A stretch of DNA of 64,000 nucleotides, from positions 283,703 through 347,702 of the forward strand of contig CAXXIN010000013.1 in assembly GCA_963665275.2 (NCBI GenBank), given 5' to 3'. Origin of the DNA: Negativicutes bacterium. GTDB taxonomy: Bacteria; Bacillota; Negativicutes; UBA1444. Below are positions 9,233-18,590 of this stretch, one piece after another. The translations under genes were made by a program, and so were the position numbers. The number at the start of each line of letters is the position of its first letter. Within the stretch, counting starts at the first letter, position 1. The notes beneath the pieces were generated by a model, which saw only the letters and a list, made by a program, of their open reading frames with translations, did not search any database and was not told the DNA's origin.

Positions 9233-10642
9233 TTTCTTAAATATTCCGTATTTTTGTTTCTTGCGTGTTAGTGTCGACATATCGATTCCCAATTGTCCGG
9301 CCGCATCCAGAAGCGTGTCCGTGTTCTGCATCGCCTTCAAAATCAGAGCTTTTTCCACTTTTTCGACGACGGTTTTCAGGGACATCGCATCAGATAGGCG
9401 TATCGCTTCCGCCGTAAATAAATTCTCCGAGAATTGCTCTGGCAGATGATCGATCCGAATGACATCTTCTTGGCAAAGCACCATTGCCCGCTCAATCGTG
9501 TGTTCCAATTCACGCACATTGCCTGGCCAATCATAACTCATCAGCGCTTCACATACTTCATTGCTCATCGCTTTGTTCTGATGGTACTTCTCATTGCATC
9601 GTTTCACAAAATAGGTCATAAGAGGCGGGATATCATCTTTTCTCTCCCTGAGGCTCGCAATGGTTATTTTGAACATGTTAAGACGATAGTAAAGATCCCG
9701 CCGGAATTTCCCAGCCGCCACCAACGCTTCAACATCCTTGTTCGTCGCGGCGATAATCTTAACGTCAACTGGAATTTCCTTCGTATCGCCGAGGCGCATA
9801 ATGGTTTTCTCCTGCAATACTTTCAAAAGTTTTGCCTGCATCAATAGGGGGAGTTCGGCAACTTCATCCAAAAACAGTGTTCCTTTGTCGGCGATTTCGA
9901 GCAAACCAGGTTTGCCACCTTTGTTCGCGCCAGTAAAAGCGCCGGCGACGTAACCGAATAACTCCGATTCGAACAGTGCTTCTGGAATCGCGCCGCAGTT
10001 GACGTGAACCAAAGTGCCTTCGCTAACTCGGGAACTGTGTTTATGCATAAATCGGGCAAGTACGTCTTTTCCTACCCCCGATTCTCCAAGAATCAGCGCT
10101 GTTGAATCCACCTTTGCGATGCGTGCGGCCATCTGCAGCATCGTTCTGGATCGGCGGTCCTTAGCGATAAAATCGCTGTCTTCCAATTGTTGCAAATGCA
10201 AATTATCAAGCTGCTGCTTGTATCGCTCGGACTTCTGTTTGACGGAGTTGAGTTCCCGATATACTTCGGTCAACCGGTTCCAGTCCCTCATGGTGCAAAC
10301 GATCAGGCTCAGTTCTCCTTGGGAGTTAAATACCGGTTTGCCGGTGACGATAACGTCTTTTTCCTCTTTGCCCATATAATTCAGGATACAGGTAACCGGC
10401 TGCAAAGCTCGCATCACTTTCTGGCAGACGGAGTCATTGAGGTACCCCTTGTCTAGCATATACTGAACATTTTTGCCGAGCAGTTCTTCCCGGGACAAGG
10501 TGGTGATTTTTTCAAAATTAGTGTTGACCGCTACGATCAAGCCGTTTTTATCTGCGATAAAAACGCCCGCGTCGATTGCCTCAATAATCTTGGCAACAAA
10601 TTTATTGGTTGCCAGAGAGTAGTCAATATTCAAATGCCGCAC
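9182..10642 (-). CDS. PAS-domain sigma-54-dependent transcriptional activator
   Basis: N-terminal PAS, GESGVGKD, ESELFGY..GAFTGA, LFLDEV, WPGNVREL, C-terminal HTH; start may be TTG 10633. Confidence 0.95.
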   Translation of the reverse strand: MRHLNIDYSLATNKFVAKIIEAIDAGVFIADKNGLIVAVNTNFEKITTLSREELLGKNVQYMLDKGYLNDSVCQKVMRALQPVTCILNYMGKEEKDVIVTGKPVFNSQGELSLIVCTMRDWNRLTEVYRELNSVKQKSERYKQQLDNLHLQQLEDSDFIAKDRRSRTMLQMAARIAKVDSTALILGESGVGKDVLARFMHKHSSRVSEGTLVHVNCGAIPEALFESELFGYVAGAFTGANKGGKPGLLEIADKGTLFLDEVAELPLLMQAKLLKVLQEKTIMRLGDTKEIPVDVKIIAATNKDVEALVAAGKFRRDLYYRLNMFKITIASLRERKDDIPPLMTYFVKRCNEKYHQNKAMSNEVCEALMSYDWPGNVRELEHTIERAMVLCQEDVIRIDHLPEQFSENLFTAEAIRLSDAMSLKTVVEKVEKALILKAMQNTDTLLDAAGQLGIDMSTLTRKKQKYGIFKKSANSHNSSAELHMEDR

Positions 10643-10876
10643 CCCTCATAATACGATCCAGCTAAGATTCCTTGTTGGAAGGCTTCGCCGCACAACAGGA
10701 AACTCCTGCACGTAGCCAAGGAGTTGTGGCAGCACCTATTTCACACTATATTCAATTGCATTATTTTTCTTTTCTCAACTGGATCCCCAGTCTCTGCCAC
10801 TCCCTGGCCATAAGCCAGCTCAGTTTTTCAGCCGATCTGTCCCCTCTTTGCCCAAACTATTATTCTTGCTTCCACT

Positions 10877-11827
10877 TCAGAAGGTATTTTTAAGCGTTAC
10901 TTCCATTTTGGTATTTTTGGTGTTGTCCGCCAGGGCGACCTGATCTTTGTAGACCACTTCCAAAGATAGCTTGTCATTGAAGGAATGAGTTATTCCGTAG
11001 TAAAATCCTCGATTGTTGTTGTCATACTCACTTTGTTGCCCCATGTCGCCATTGGCCTCCACGCGAAAATTGGTCACATACAGGGCTGTTTTATCAGTGA
11101 ACTGATAATTCCAGGTTATTGCGTACGCTTTGTTTTCATCACTCTTATTCGACTGGGTGTATTCTGCCGTCAGACTATTTTTGCCAGAAGTAACGGTTCC
11201 ATCCACAGCCCAGTGATTGCTGTTCTCTGCATTGTAATATTGATATTGAGCCAGCGTGAGCCCCACATTTGCATTCTTTGACAGGCTGTACCCGGCTCTC
11301 ATTGCATACAAGCTGTTGTTGGGCAGCCATATACTGTTTTCGCGGGCCACGATTCCCGATAAGTCGATAACGCCGATGCTGCCAGTGATGGAAAGCCCGT
11401 CTACGAAGGCATTGTTGCCGACATTCGTTTCCGGTCGGTTGTACAGCAGTTCAGTGACGCCCACGGCGATATCCTGCCGCCCCAATTTGTAGACGAGTTT
11501 ATTGGACTTGTAGATCAGGCCGAACTGATCAATGGTTGCAATTGCTTTGGTATCTTGCCCATACACCGACAAGTCATAGTCTCCCAAGATCGGATTACTG
11601 GCATATTGGGCGCCAAGTCGTCCATACAGGGACAGCCCTTTGCCTATTTTTTTCTCGCCCTTTAGTGTCAATGTGTACATCATGCCGGACTCTGCTGCAG
11701 TATTTTCAGCCGTGTCGGCTTCATATTTGACCGAGACGTCCCCGCTGATTTCCACCGGTGCGGCAGCTCCAACCGGCATCATGGCGAACATCAACCCAGT
11801 CATGATCGTTGCAATATAGGTTTTCAC
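10877..11827 (-). CDS. Porin-like outer-membrane beta-barrel protein
   Basis: Signal peptide, alternating amphipathic beta-strands rich in Y/G/N/T, C-terminal Phe. Confidence 0.65.
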   Translation of the reverse strand: MKTYIATIMTGLMFAMMPVGAAAPVEISGDVSVKYEADTAENTAAESGMMYTLTLKGEKKIGKGLSLYGRLGAQYASNPILGDYDLSVYGQDTKAIATIDQFGLIYKSNKLVYKLGRQDIAVGVTELLYNRPETNVGNNAFVDGLSITGSIGVIDLSGIVARENSIWLPNNSLYAMRAGYSLSKNANVGLTLAQYQYYNAENSNHWAVDGTVTSGKNSLTAEYTQSNKSDENKAYAITWNYQFTDKTALYVTNFRVEANGDMGQQSEYDNNNRGFYYGITHSFNDKLSLEVVYKDQVALADNTKNTKMEVTLKNTF

Positions 11828-11991
11828 ATGTCACTTCCTTTCCCGTTGATGTTGTTGATTATACACTAAATGATTTATTTTCTCAACTAGCAAATTTATC
11901 CGCTTATTTCGCTGCCATTTTTCCAGTCCTTTCGTGGAAGAAACCGGGATATAAAAAAATCCCGGCAAAAATTGCCGGGAAGAAGTATGCG

Positions 11992-13131
11992 TTAGATGGA
12001 TACAGGAACGACCAAGTCCACGAAGGCATCCCCGCGTCTCACCTTGATCTTGCTGACCGGAGTGGATGCAGAGAGAACTTCTTGCAAGTGCGCAACATTT
12101 TTCAGAGAAACCCCGTTAACCTCCACGATAATGTCGTTCACCATCAAATTCATACGCTGAGCCGTGCTATTGTTGTCTACACCGGTAACCACCACTCCTG
12201 CGGCAGAAGGAAGGTTCAAGGTTTTGACATCCTCGTCGGTAAGAGCGCGGATGGTTGCCCCCAACTTCGGTTTATCCGGCGGCGGTTGCGCCGGAGCGAG
12301 CGGTTGATCGATCAACTTGCGGATTTCAGCGGCTTTGACATTGGGATTTTGATAGGTGACTTCCTTCTCCAGAATTTCTCCGCGCCGAAACACTTTGACA
12401 ACCACTTTGATGTCATATGAATTGACAGAGGCGAAGCCTTGCTGGATTTTCCAAAGCATCGCCGCATCGGCGATCTCCTGTCCGCCGAAGGTCACCACAA
12501 TATCTTCGTTCTGGATCCCCGCCCGATCGAACGGTCCTCCGGCCAAGACAGTTTTGAGTACGGCGCCAGTTTTATTTTTCCAACCGAGTTTGCTGCGAAA
12601 CCAGTCTTCACTGGTAGGAATCGTATAGCCGCCGCTAATCACCCACTTGGCGCCGGAAGCTGCGGCCAGAGTGGCTACCGCGTCCGCGAACCGCCGCGCT
12701 GTCGCCTCATTTTTGACGCAGAAAGTCGTCGCCACAGAGTTATCCTGAGTCACACACCAAGGATTGACCGCAGCGGATTCGGTATTCGAGTTAGGGCCGA
12801 TCGTCAGCGACGAAACAGTCTTAAAGACGAGAGTGGCGTTTTCGGAGCGCAGGTCCGGCACTGTCATATAATACATATCCCAGGTATTCCAGACCTTCTT
12901 GGTGCCGAGGTATTCCGAAAACAGCCGCAAGCCGTACTTATCAATTTCAGCCGTTTGCTTGGGATAATTTGACCAGCCGAAGAAGGAACCCTTGAGACTC
13001 TGCAGCACTTCCAACGCTTCTTTATCCGAGACGAAGAAGGACGGAGCGTACCACGTTTCGCAATGTCCTACAGCAAGGGAACCCGTCATGATAAATACGG
13101 CAATCAGGAATGCGGCCCAATATCGTTTCAT
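11992..13131 (-). CDS. Secreted protein with two PDZ domains
   Basis: Signal peptide; GGPFDRAGIQNEDIVVTFGG and KLGATIR..GVVVTGVDNNSTAQRMNLMVNDIIVEVNG; no protease triad seen. Confidence 0.75.
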   Translation of the reverse strand: MKRYWAAFLIAVFIMTGSLAVGHCETWYAPSFFVSDKEALEVLQSLKGSFFGWSNYPKQTAEIDKYGLRLFSEYLGTKKVWNTWDMYYMTVPDLRSENATLVFKTVSSLTIGPNSNTESAAVNPWCVTQDNSVATTFCVKNEATARRFADAVATLAAASGAKWVISGGYTIPTSEDWFRSKLGWKNKTGAVLKTVLAGGPFDRAGIQNEDIVVTFGGQEIADAAMLWKIQQGFASVNSYDIKVVVKVFRRGEILEKEVTYQNPNVKAAEIRKLIDQPLAPAQPPPDKPKLGATIRALTDEDVKTLNLPSAAGVVVTGVDNNSTAQRMNLMVNDIIVEVNGVSLKNVAHLQEVLSASTPVSKIKVRRGDAFVDLVVPVSI

Positions 13132-13152
13132 TCAATTAGCCTCCTTGCCAGA

Positions 13153-13629
13153 TTATCGGCTAATGGCGCCTTTTTCATGCAGATCCTTGATCATGGCCCA
13201 AACAACTTCCGCGCCCGTTCCGGGAGTAATTGCCTTGTATTCCGCATTCTTTGACTCATCCGTGCTGAGGATCCGTCCCTGGACGTCATAAAGAACTCCA
13301 TAAATCACGGCCGCCTTCTTGTTATTGAGGTCCACTTTATATTTGAGTTCGACGGCAGTGGTGTCCGGCGGACATCCAATACTTAACAGCTTGGCATAAT
13401 CCGGATCGCCTTTGCCATCGAAGACTGTTTTCCCCCAGAACACGACGAGGGGATTTTTGCTGGAGCTCCCCTCCGCGTAACTCATTTTCGTATCATAGTA
13501 ATATTTTGTTCCATATGCACTTTCATGTAGCTTGCTCTCCAGCAGCTTCCATTCCGCACTGCAACTCGTCGGTATCCATAGCACCAATAGCAGAATAAAC
13601 AGCAACACCGCCCTGTTTTTCACAAGCAC
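13153..13629 (-). CDS. Hypothetical exported protein
   Basis: 158-aa ORF with signal peptide, GCAGGGGAG before GTG, co-oriented with the PDZ gene. Confidence 0.7.
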   Translation of the reverse strand: MLVKNRAVLLFILLLVLWIPTSCSAEWKLLESKLHESAYGTKYYYDTKMSYAEGSSSKNPLVVFWGKTVFDGKGDPDYAKLLSIGCPPDTTAVELKYKVDLNNKKAAVIYGVLYDVQGRILSTDESKNAEYKAITPGTGAEVVWAMIKDLHEKGAISR

Positions 13630-13735
13630 GTCTCCCCTGCATTGAAATCCGCCGGAACGATTTTGGGTGTAAAGACTTTTTCGTCATCTTCATCCAAAAT
13701 CCTCTATGGTCGACGGATATCGAACCAAAATAAGC

Positions 13736-13772
13736 AAAGGCGGCGTTGACGTTTGGCATCAACACCGCCTTT
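13736..13772 (-). terminator. Terminator ending the nicotinate operon
   Basis: Minus-strand GGCGGUGUUGAUG/CGUCAACGCCGCC stem (mismatches resolve as G:U only on this strand) followed by UUUGCUU. Confidence 0.7.
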
Positions 13773-13800
13773 CCTATTCATTCAGGAATGGAATACAGAC

Positions 13801-15195
13801 TTATGCTTTGGGTGCGCAAGCATCCGGGTTCGTCGCACTGCAATCTTCCAGGTTCTTGCCTTTGGTCTCGGTCCCCAGAATCCCGACGGCCGCAGCCGCC
13901 AGAATAAAGCCAACCGCGACGACCGACAAGGTCATGTACAAGCCGATAAGCGGATACAGATAACCGACAACCGTCGGCGCCAGCACGCCGCCAATACGAC
14001 CCCAGGACATGGCGGTTCCCGTACCGGTTCCACGCACTTCCGTCGGGTAGTTCTCCGGTGTGTAAGCGTATACGACAGAGTATGCTCCAGCCAGGAACAG
14101 CACTGACAGCGATCCAAACGCCAGCATGATTTCCACCGGCAGTTTTTGCGACAGCGCCCAGCCATACATCACACTGGTAATGCCGGCCAGGGTCAGATAA
14201 ACCACGATAGGCATTTTCCGGCCGACTTTATCCGCCAGATATGATCCGAAAATTCCGCTGGGAATCCAAACCAAGTTCATGATCAATACATAGCCGATGG
14301 ACGCAACCATGGAATAACCCGAGTTTTTCAACAACGTCGGCAGCCAGGTGTTCAGGCCCCAATAGCCGAACATCAGGCAAAACCATAGAATCCAGAGCAT
14401 CATCGTGCGCCGGGAGTAGTTTGGTTTGAAGAGAACGGCCATTTTATTGCCGGTTTCGGCAAAGACTTTGGGTACAGGCACAGCCACAGGCAATGTTTTG
14501 CCTGTTTCGGCTTCAATGTCTCTTTCCAGTTGGCTTAAATGTTCTTCAGCTTCCGCCGGGCTTCCTTTTACCATGTACCAACGGGGAGATTCAGGAATCC
14601 CTTTACGCAGGAACCAGACCAACAGTGCCGGGAAAACTCCGGCAAAGAACGCACTCCGCCAGCCATATGTCGGCACCAGCAAGAGAGCAACAGCAGCAGC
14701 AGTCAAAACTCCGCCGCCCCAAAGTGCTTCCGTTAGGCCATTCAGGCGTCCACGATATTCACTGGGCATCATTTCACTGTTATAAGTAAACACAACAGGC
14801 TGTTCCGCTCCCAGCCCCAAGCCGGTGAGAAAGCGCAATACCAAGAGCATCTCATAACTATTTACAAAGCCGGTAAAGAATGTCGCAATAGAAAATGTCA
14901 GCAATGTCACTTTAAAAATCTTCAACCGACCAAATAAGTCGGCGAGGATTCCGCCCGACAGTGCTCCGCAGAACATCCCCAGGAACGAAATGCTGAAAGA
15001 AAGACCGATTTGAACAGGCGAAAGGCCGAGATCTTTTGCCAATGCCGGCATGACGAAACTCAGCAGCATGATATCGAATGCGTCAAATAGGTATCCCGCC
15101 GCCGTCAAGGAGTAGATCTTTTTGTGCACCTTGGAAAATGGCAATCGTTCCATTCGTCCAACCAGTTCTTCCATGGTCAATGTGTTTGTTGACAT
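13801..15195 (-). CDS. MFS transporter, NiaP/aromatic acid:H+ symporter-like (copy 1); candidate nicotinate importer
   Basis: GYLFDAFD, GILADLFGR, RFLTGLGLG, PESPRW, YTPENYPTEVRGTG; last gene of the nicotinate operon. Confidence 0.9.
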   Translation of the reverse strand: MSTNTLTMEELVGRMERLPFSKVHKKIYSLTAAGYLFDAFDIMLLSFVMPALAKDLGLSPVQIGLSFSISFLGMFCGALSGGILADLFGRLKIFKVTLLTFSIATFFTGFVNSYEMLLVLRFLTGLGLGAEQPVVFTYNSEMMPSEYRGRLNGLTEALWGGGVLTAAAVALLLVPTYGWRSAFFAGVFPALLVWFLRKGIPESPRWYMVKGSPAEAEEHLSQLERDIEAETGKTLPVAVPVPKVFAETGNKMAVLFKPNYSRRTMMLWILWFCLMFGYWGLNTWLPTLLKNSGYSMVASIGYVLIMNLVWIPSGIFGSYLADKVGRKMPIVVYLTLAGITSVMYGWALSQKLPVEIMLAFGSLSVLFLAGAYSVVYAYTPENYPTEVRGTGTGTAMSWGRIGGVLAPTVVGYLYPLIGLYMTLSVVAVGFILAAAAVGILGTETKGKNLEDCSATNPDACAPKA

Positions 15196-15341
15196 CCTAG
15201 ATAGCCTCCTTATTTACATTATGATGCAATGAGTCCTTTCAGCTGGTCCCTGTACCCCGTTCTGCTTTGCACGGATCACTCCTCTCAACGTCGTAGCAAT
15301 TGCGAAGGCGGTTTTACGACTATAGTGCTATATCTTGATGG

Positions 15342-16223
15342 CTAGAGAACTTGTTCCCAGCCGCCAAAAACTTGTCCCAGCGCGGAATCGACAGCACGGC
15401 GGATAATGGCGGGACCGGCCTGCTTTTTGTACACAGCCGAAGCGCGTTCCCCGAGCGTCGCACTGATCTCTTTTAAGGCCGCTTTGACGCAGTTGTCACG
15501 GTTGCTATGCGTCAGGCTGCAGTTCTGCCAGATGTTTTCCGCCGTTCTGACCCGAAACGGGTTTTTCGCCACGGAACCCACGGCAATCCGGCAGTCGGTG
15601 CAGGTCATGTCCGCTTCGTCGTAGCCAACGATAGCGGCCACGCTCACCCGTGAAATGGCCAGAGATTTTCTGCGGCCCAGTTTGACGAAGGCGCTCCCGG
15701 TCTTCGGCGCCAGCGCCTTGAATGAAATCCCTGCCAATACCTCGCCAGGGGCGATATCCGTCTTGCAGATACCGAGCAAGAACTCTTCGAGTCCCAGTTC
15801 TCTTTCACCCGCTTGGGAAACAAGACGCAGTCTGGCATCCAGCGCCATCAAGGCTGGTACCGAATCGGCGGCAGGCGAACCTTTGACAATGTTGCCCCCG
15901 ACAGTGCCGCGATTTCGGATCTGGGGCGATCCGACGGATTGTGCGGCCTGCGCCAGCACAAAGGCATTCTCGCGAATGATTTGCGACTCCACAATTTCGG
16001 TGAAGGTCGTGGCCGGTCCGAGGTGAATCGTGTCCCCCTCAAGTCGGACCCCCTTCATTTCAGAGAGTTTGGTAATATCCACGAGACATTCCGTCTGGTG
16101 TCCGGCGCGAATTTCCACCATCACGTCGGTCCCACCGGCTATGATCATGGCCCCGTCTTTCTTTTCGGCCAGAATGTCCAGCAGTTCAGGCATCGTCCTC
16201 GGTGCGTAATACAAGTAACTCAT
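15342..16223 (-). CDS. ndhF: Nicotinate dehydrogenase FAD subunit (XdhB/CoxM family)
   Basis: IIAGGTD, VGSPQIRNRGTVGGNI, FVKLGRRKSLAIS; AAGGAGG before ATG 16223; only FAD subunit gene in the cluster. Confidence 0.85.
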   Translation of the reverse strand: MSYLYYAPRTMPELLDILAEKKDGAMIIAGGTDVMVEIRAGHQTECLVDITKLSEMKGVRLEGDTIHLGPATTFTEIVESQIIRENAFVLAQAAQSVGSPQIRNRGTVGGNIVKGSPAADSVPALMALDARLRLVSQAGERELGLEEFLLGICKTDIAPGEVLAGISFKALAPKTGSAFVKLGRRKSLAISRVSVAAIVGYDEADMTCTDCRIAVGSVAKNPFRVRTAENIWQNCSLTHSNRDNCVKAALKEISATLGERASAVYKKQAGPAIIRRAVDSALGQVFGGWEQVL

Positions 16224-16242
16224 AAGCAGCCTCCTTATCGGC

Positions 16243-17115
16243 CTATTTGGAAGGCAGCAGGAATTTGTCTTCGATCTCGCGTACTGCCGGCAATCCGACC
16301 AGTTCATTGAACTGCTGGAACGGGATCATCTCGCCCATCATCGCCTGAGTTGTGCCAGTGGTCTTCAGTTCCTGCATGACGCGGGTCACTGCCTGCGCCG
16401 TAATATAGGTCGAGGATGTGGGGAAAATGACCAGAGCGTAGCCCAGTTCCTGCAGTTCCTGCGCAGTCATGAGCGGCGTGCGTCCCCCTTCGACCATGTT
16501 CGCCAACACCGGGATATTGAAGCTGGAAGTGATCAGTTTCATTTCTTCCAGGCTTTCCGGCGACTCAATGAATAGAACATCCGCTCCCGCTTCGGCAAAA
16601 GCCTTCCCACGGCGAAGCGCTTCTTCAATCCCCAGATTCGTCCGAGCATCGGTCCGGGCAATGATCACAAAATCGGGATCCTGTCGGGCTGAGACCGCCG
16701 CTTTGATTTTGCTGACCATTTCTTCCAGAGGCACTACTTGGCGACCGGTCATGTGACCGCATTTTTTCGGCGCCACTTGGTCTTCCAACTGAATGGCAGC
16801 TACTCCGGCTGCTTCATATTCCTGCACGGTACGCATTACGTTGATCACGTTGCCGAATCCGGTGTCGCCGTCGGCAATTACCGGGACATCGACCGCAGCT
16901 GCGAAATTGCGGGCCCGCATGACCATTTCGGTCATCGTCATCAGTCCGACGTCAGGGCCGCCCAGATGACTGGCCGCCTGCCCGTATCCCGTGAAATAGA
17001 CCGCATCGAAACCAGCTTTGGCGACAATTTTCGCCGACAGGGCATCATGAGCACCAGGAGCTACTAGTATTTGCGGCTGAGCGAGCAGCTCTCGCAATCT
17101 TGTTGTTTTTTTCAT
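16243..17115 (-). CDS. dml: 2,3-dimethylmalate lyase (isocitrate lyase/PEP mutase family)
   Basis: PGAHDALSA, ADGDTGFG, EDQVAPKKCGH, IIARTDA; context with mii/dmdAB. Confidence 0.9.
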   Translation of the reverse strand: MKKTTRLRELLAQPQILVAPGAHDALSAKIVAKAGFDAVYFTGYGQAASHLGGPDVGLMTMTEMVMRARNFAAAVDVPVIADGDTGFGNVINVMRTVQEYEAAGVAAIQLEDQVAPKKCGHMTGRQVVPLEEMVSKIKAAVSARQDPDFVIIARTDARTNLGIEEALRRGKAFAEAGADVLFIESPESLEEMKLITSSFNIPVLANMVEGGRTPLMTAQELQELGYALVIFPTSSTYITAQAVTRVMQELKTTGTTQAMMGEMIPFQQFNELVGLPAVREIEDKFLLPSK

Positions 17116-17133
17116 AGGTTCCACCTCTCTCGG

Positions 17134-18579
17134 CTACTTAACGCCGAAATGTTTTTTGGCAAATCGCAGGGCTGCTGTCGGATGATATTGCGCCAACACC
17201 CCGATCGCGTAAGTCAGATAATTTCCATCCACAATAATCCTGGCATGTTTCGGCAACAGCGATATTCCCGGCCGGTTCAGCGCTGCTGCAACAATCGCTT
17301 GGGCCTCCTCCTCGGAGGAATGGGCGAAGACTCCGCCCACAGCCAGTACCACTTCGACCTGCCGCAAATCCCGTCCGATCGGAGTTCCCGGGATCACGCC
17401 CATCACCGGATCGAAATGTTCGGCGATGTAGCCGGCATGACGTTTGAGCGCCACTTCGACCGCCACTTCCGCCATTACGCGGTCCAGCTTCACTTCTATT
17501 TCATTTTCTGCCAGATGCTCCGGGCTCGCTTCCAGCTGCGCGGCATAATCAACGACAGCCTTCTCCCCTGCCTCGCCTTCAAGTCCAGCCCGCAGGGCAA
17601 TCGCTTTTTCACCGACCGCTTCCACGATGCCCCGCGCGCTGACACGCAGGCCCAAATTCCCTTCGACCGTCCGATAAGCCGGCTGCTTCTCATTGGTAAG
17701 AACCAGCCCCTTTTCTTCGATCGACAGTTCTTCCAGGTGCGGCAGTACGGAGTGGATATCTGTCGTCGCACCGCCGAGATCGACCACTACCAGCCCGCCG
17801 ATCCCGTCTTCTTCCTTCGTGCCGCGTGCGATGAGCTCCGCTGCCATCAGGATGGCCCCTGGGGTGGGGACCACTTTTTTCACGCTCAATCGGTCCAGTA
17901 GTTTCGAAAGGCCCTTGGCTTTCGTGATCTGGTCGATGAAGTGTTCGTGGATTGCCTCACGCGCCGGTTTGACTTTCAATTCGTGAATCGTCGGCATGAC
18001 GTTGGGTACCCTGACTGTCTGAAATCCGGCCTCCCGCAGCAACCCGTCCACCCTCGGTTGGGCCGCCTGATTGCCTGCGACCACTACCGCCGCCTTCACT
18101 TTGCTATCAACGATGATTTTCGCATCCGCGATCAATGCATCCGTTTCACCGCCGTCGGTCCCGCCTGCGAGCAAAATGATATCCGGGCGGATCTCGCGCA
18201 GCATCTCCAGCTTCTGTTCGGGGTGATCGTCGTAGGACATCACCTCGAGCACGCGGGCGCCGGCGCTCATGGCAACTTCTTTGGCCGCTTTGGCCGTCAC
18301 TCTGGGCATATAGCCCATCGCCACCATGCGCAGGCCCCCTGCGGCGCTGGATGCCGCATAGGTACTGTCGGCAACCAATCTTTCTCTGCCGATGCCGGCA
18401 GCAATCGCCGTCGAAGCATTCGCGAGACCGATCTCAATGTCTTCGACGGTCGTCGGCGCCTGGGCTCTGCCCAGCCAGGACAGTTCCTGTCTGTTCATCT
18501 CGAACGCACTCGCTTTGGTAAAGGTGCTGCCCACGTCAAATACCAATAGGGTTTTCGGCTTTTCGTCCAATGTTTGCAT
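17134..18579 (-). CDS. MutL/GlmL-like ASKHA ATPase, putative reactivase/chaperone of the B12 mutase
   Basis: DVGSTFTK, SSAAGGLRM, LAGGTDGG, DLGGATTDIHS, RTVEGNLGLR. Confidence 0.88.
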   Translation of the reverse strand: MQTLDEKPKTLLVFDVGSTFTKASAFEMNRQELSWLGRAQAPTTVEDIEIGLANASTAIAAGIGRERLVADSTYAASSAAGGLRMVAMGYMPRVTAKAAKEVAMSAGARVLEVMSYDDHPEQKLEMLREIRPDIILLAGGTDGGETDALIADAKIIVDSKVKAAVVVAGNQAAQPRVDGLLREAGFQTVRVPNVMPTIHELKVKPAREAIHEHFIDQITKAKGLSKLLDRLSVKKVVPTPGAILMAAELIARGTKEEDGIGGLVVVDLGGATTDIHSVLPHLEELSIEEKGLVLTNEKQPAYRTVEGNLGLRVSARGIVEAVGEKAIALRAGLEGEAGEKAVVDYAAQLEASPEHLAENEIEVKLDRVMAEVAVEVALKRHAGYIAEHFDPVMGVIPGTPIGRDLRQVEVVLAVGGVFAHSSEEEAQAIVAAALNRPGISLLPKHARIIVDGNYLTYAIGVLAQYHPTAALRFAKKHFGVK

Positions 18580-18590
18580 GAAAACGTCCC

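Noticed and set aside
10650-10770. Structured leader (possible cobalamin or other riboswitch) before the PAS activator
   Set aside because: Only an imperfect hairpin and an AGGTGC hexamer; no B12-box or other conserved riboswitch core was recognised.
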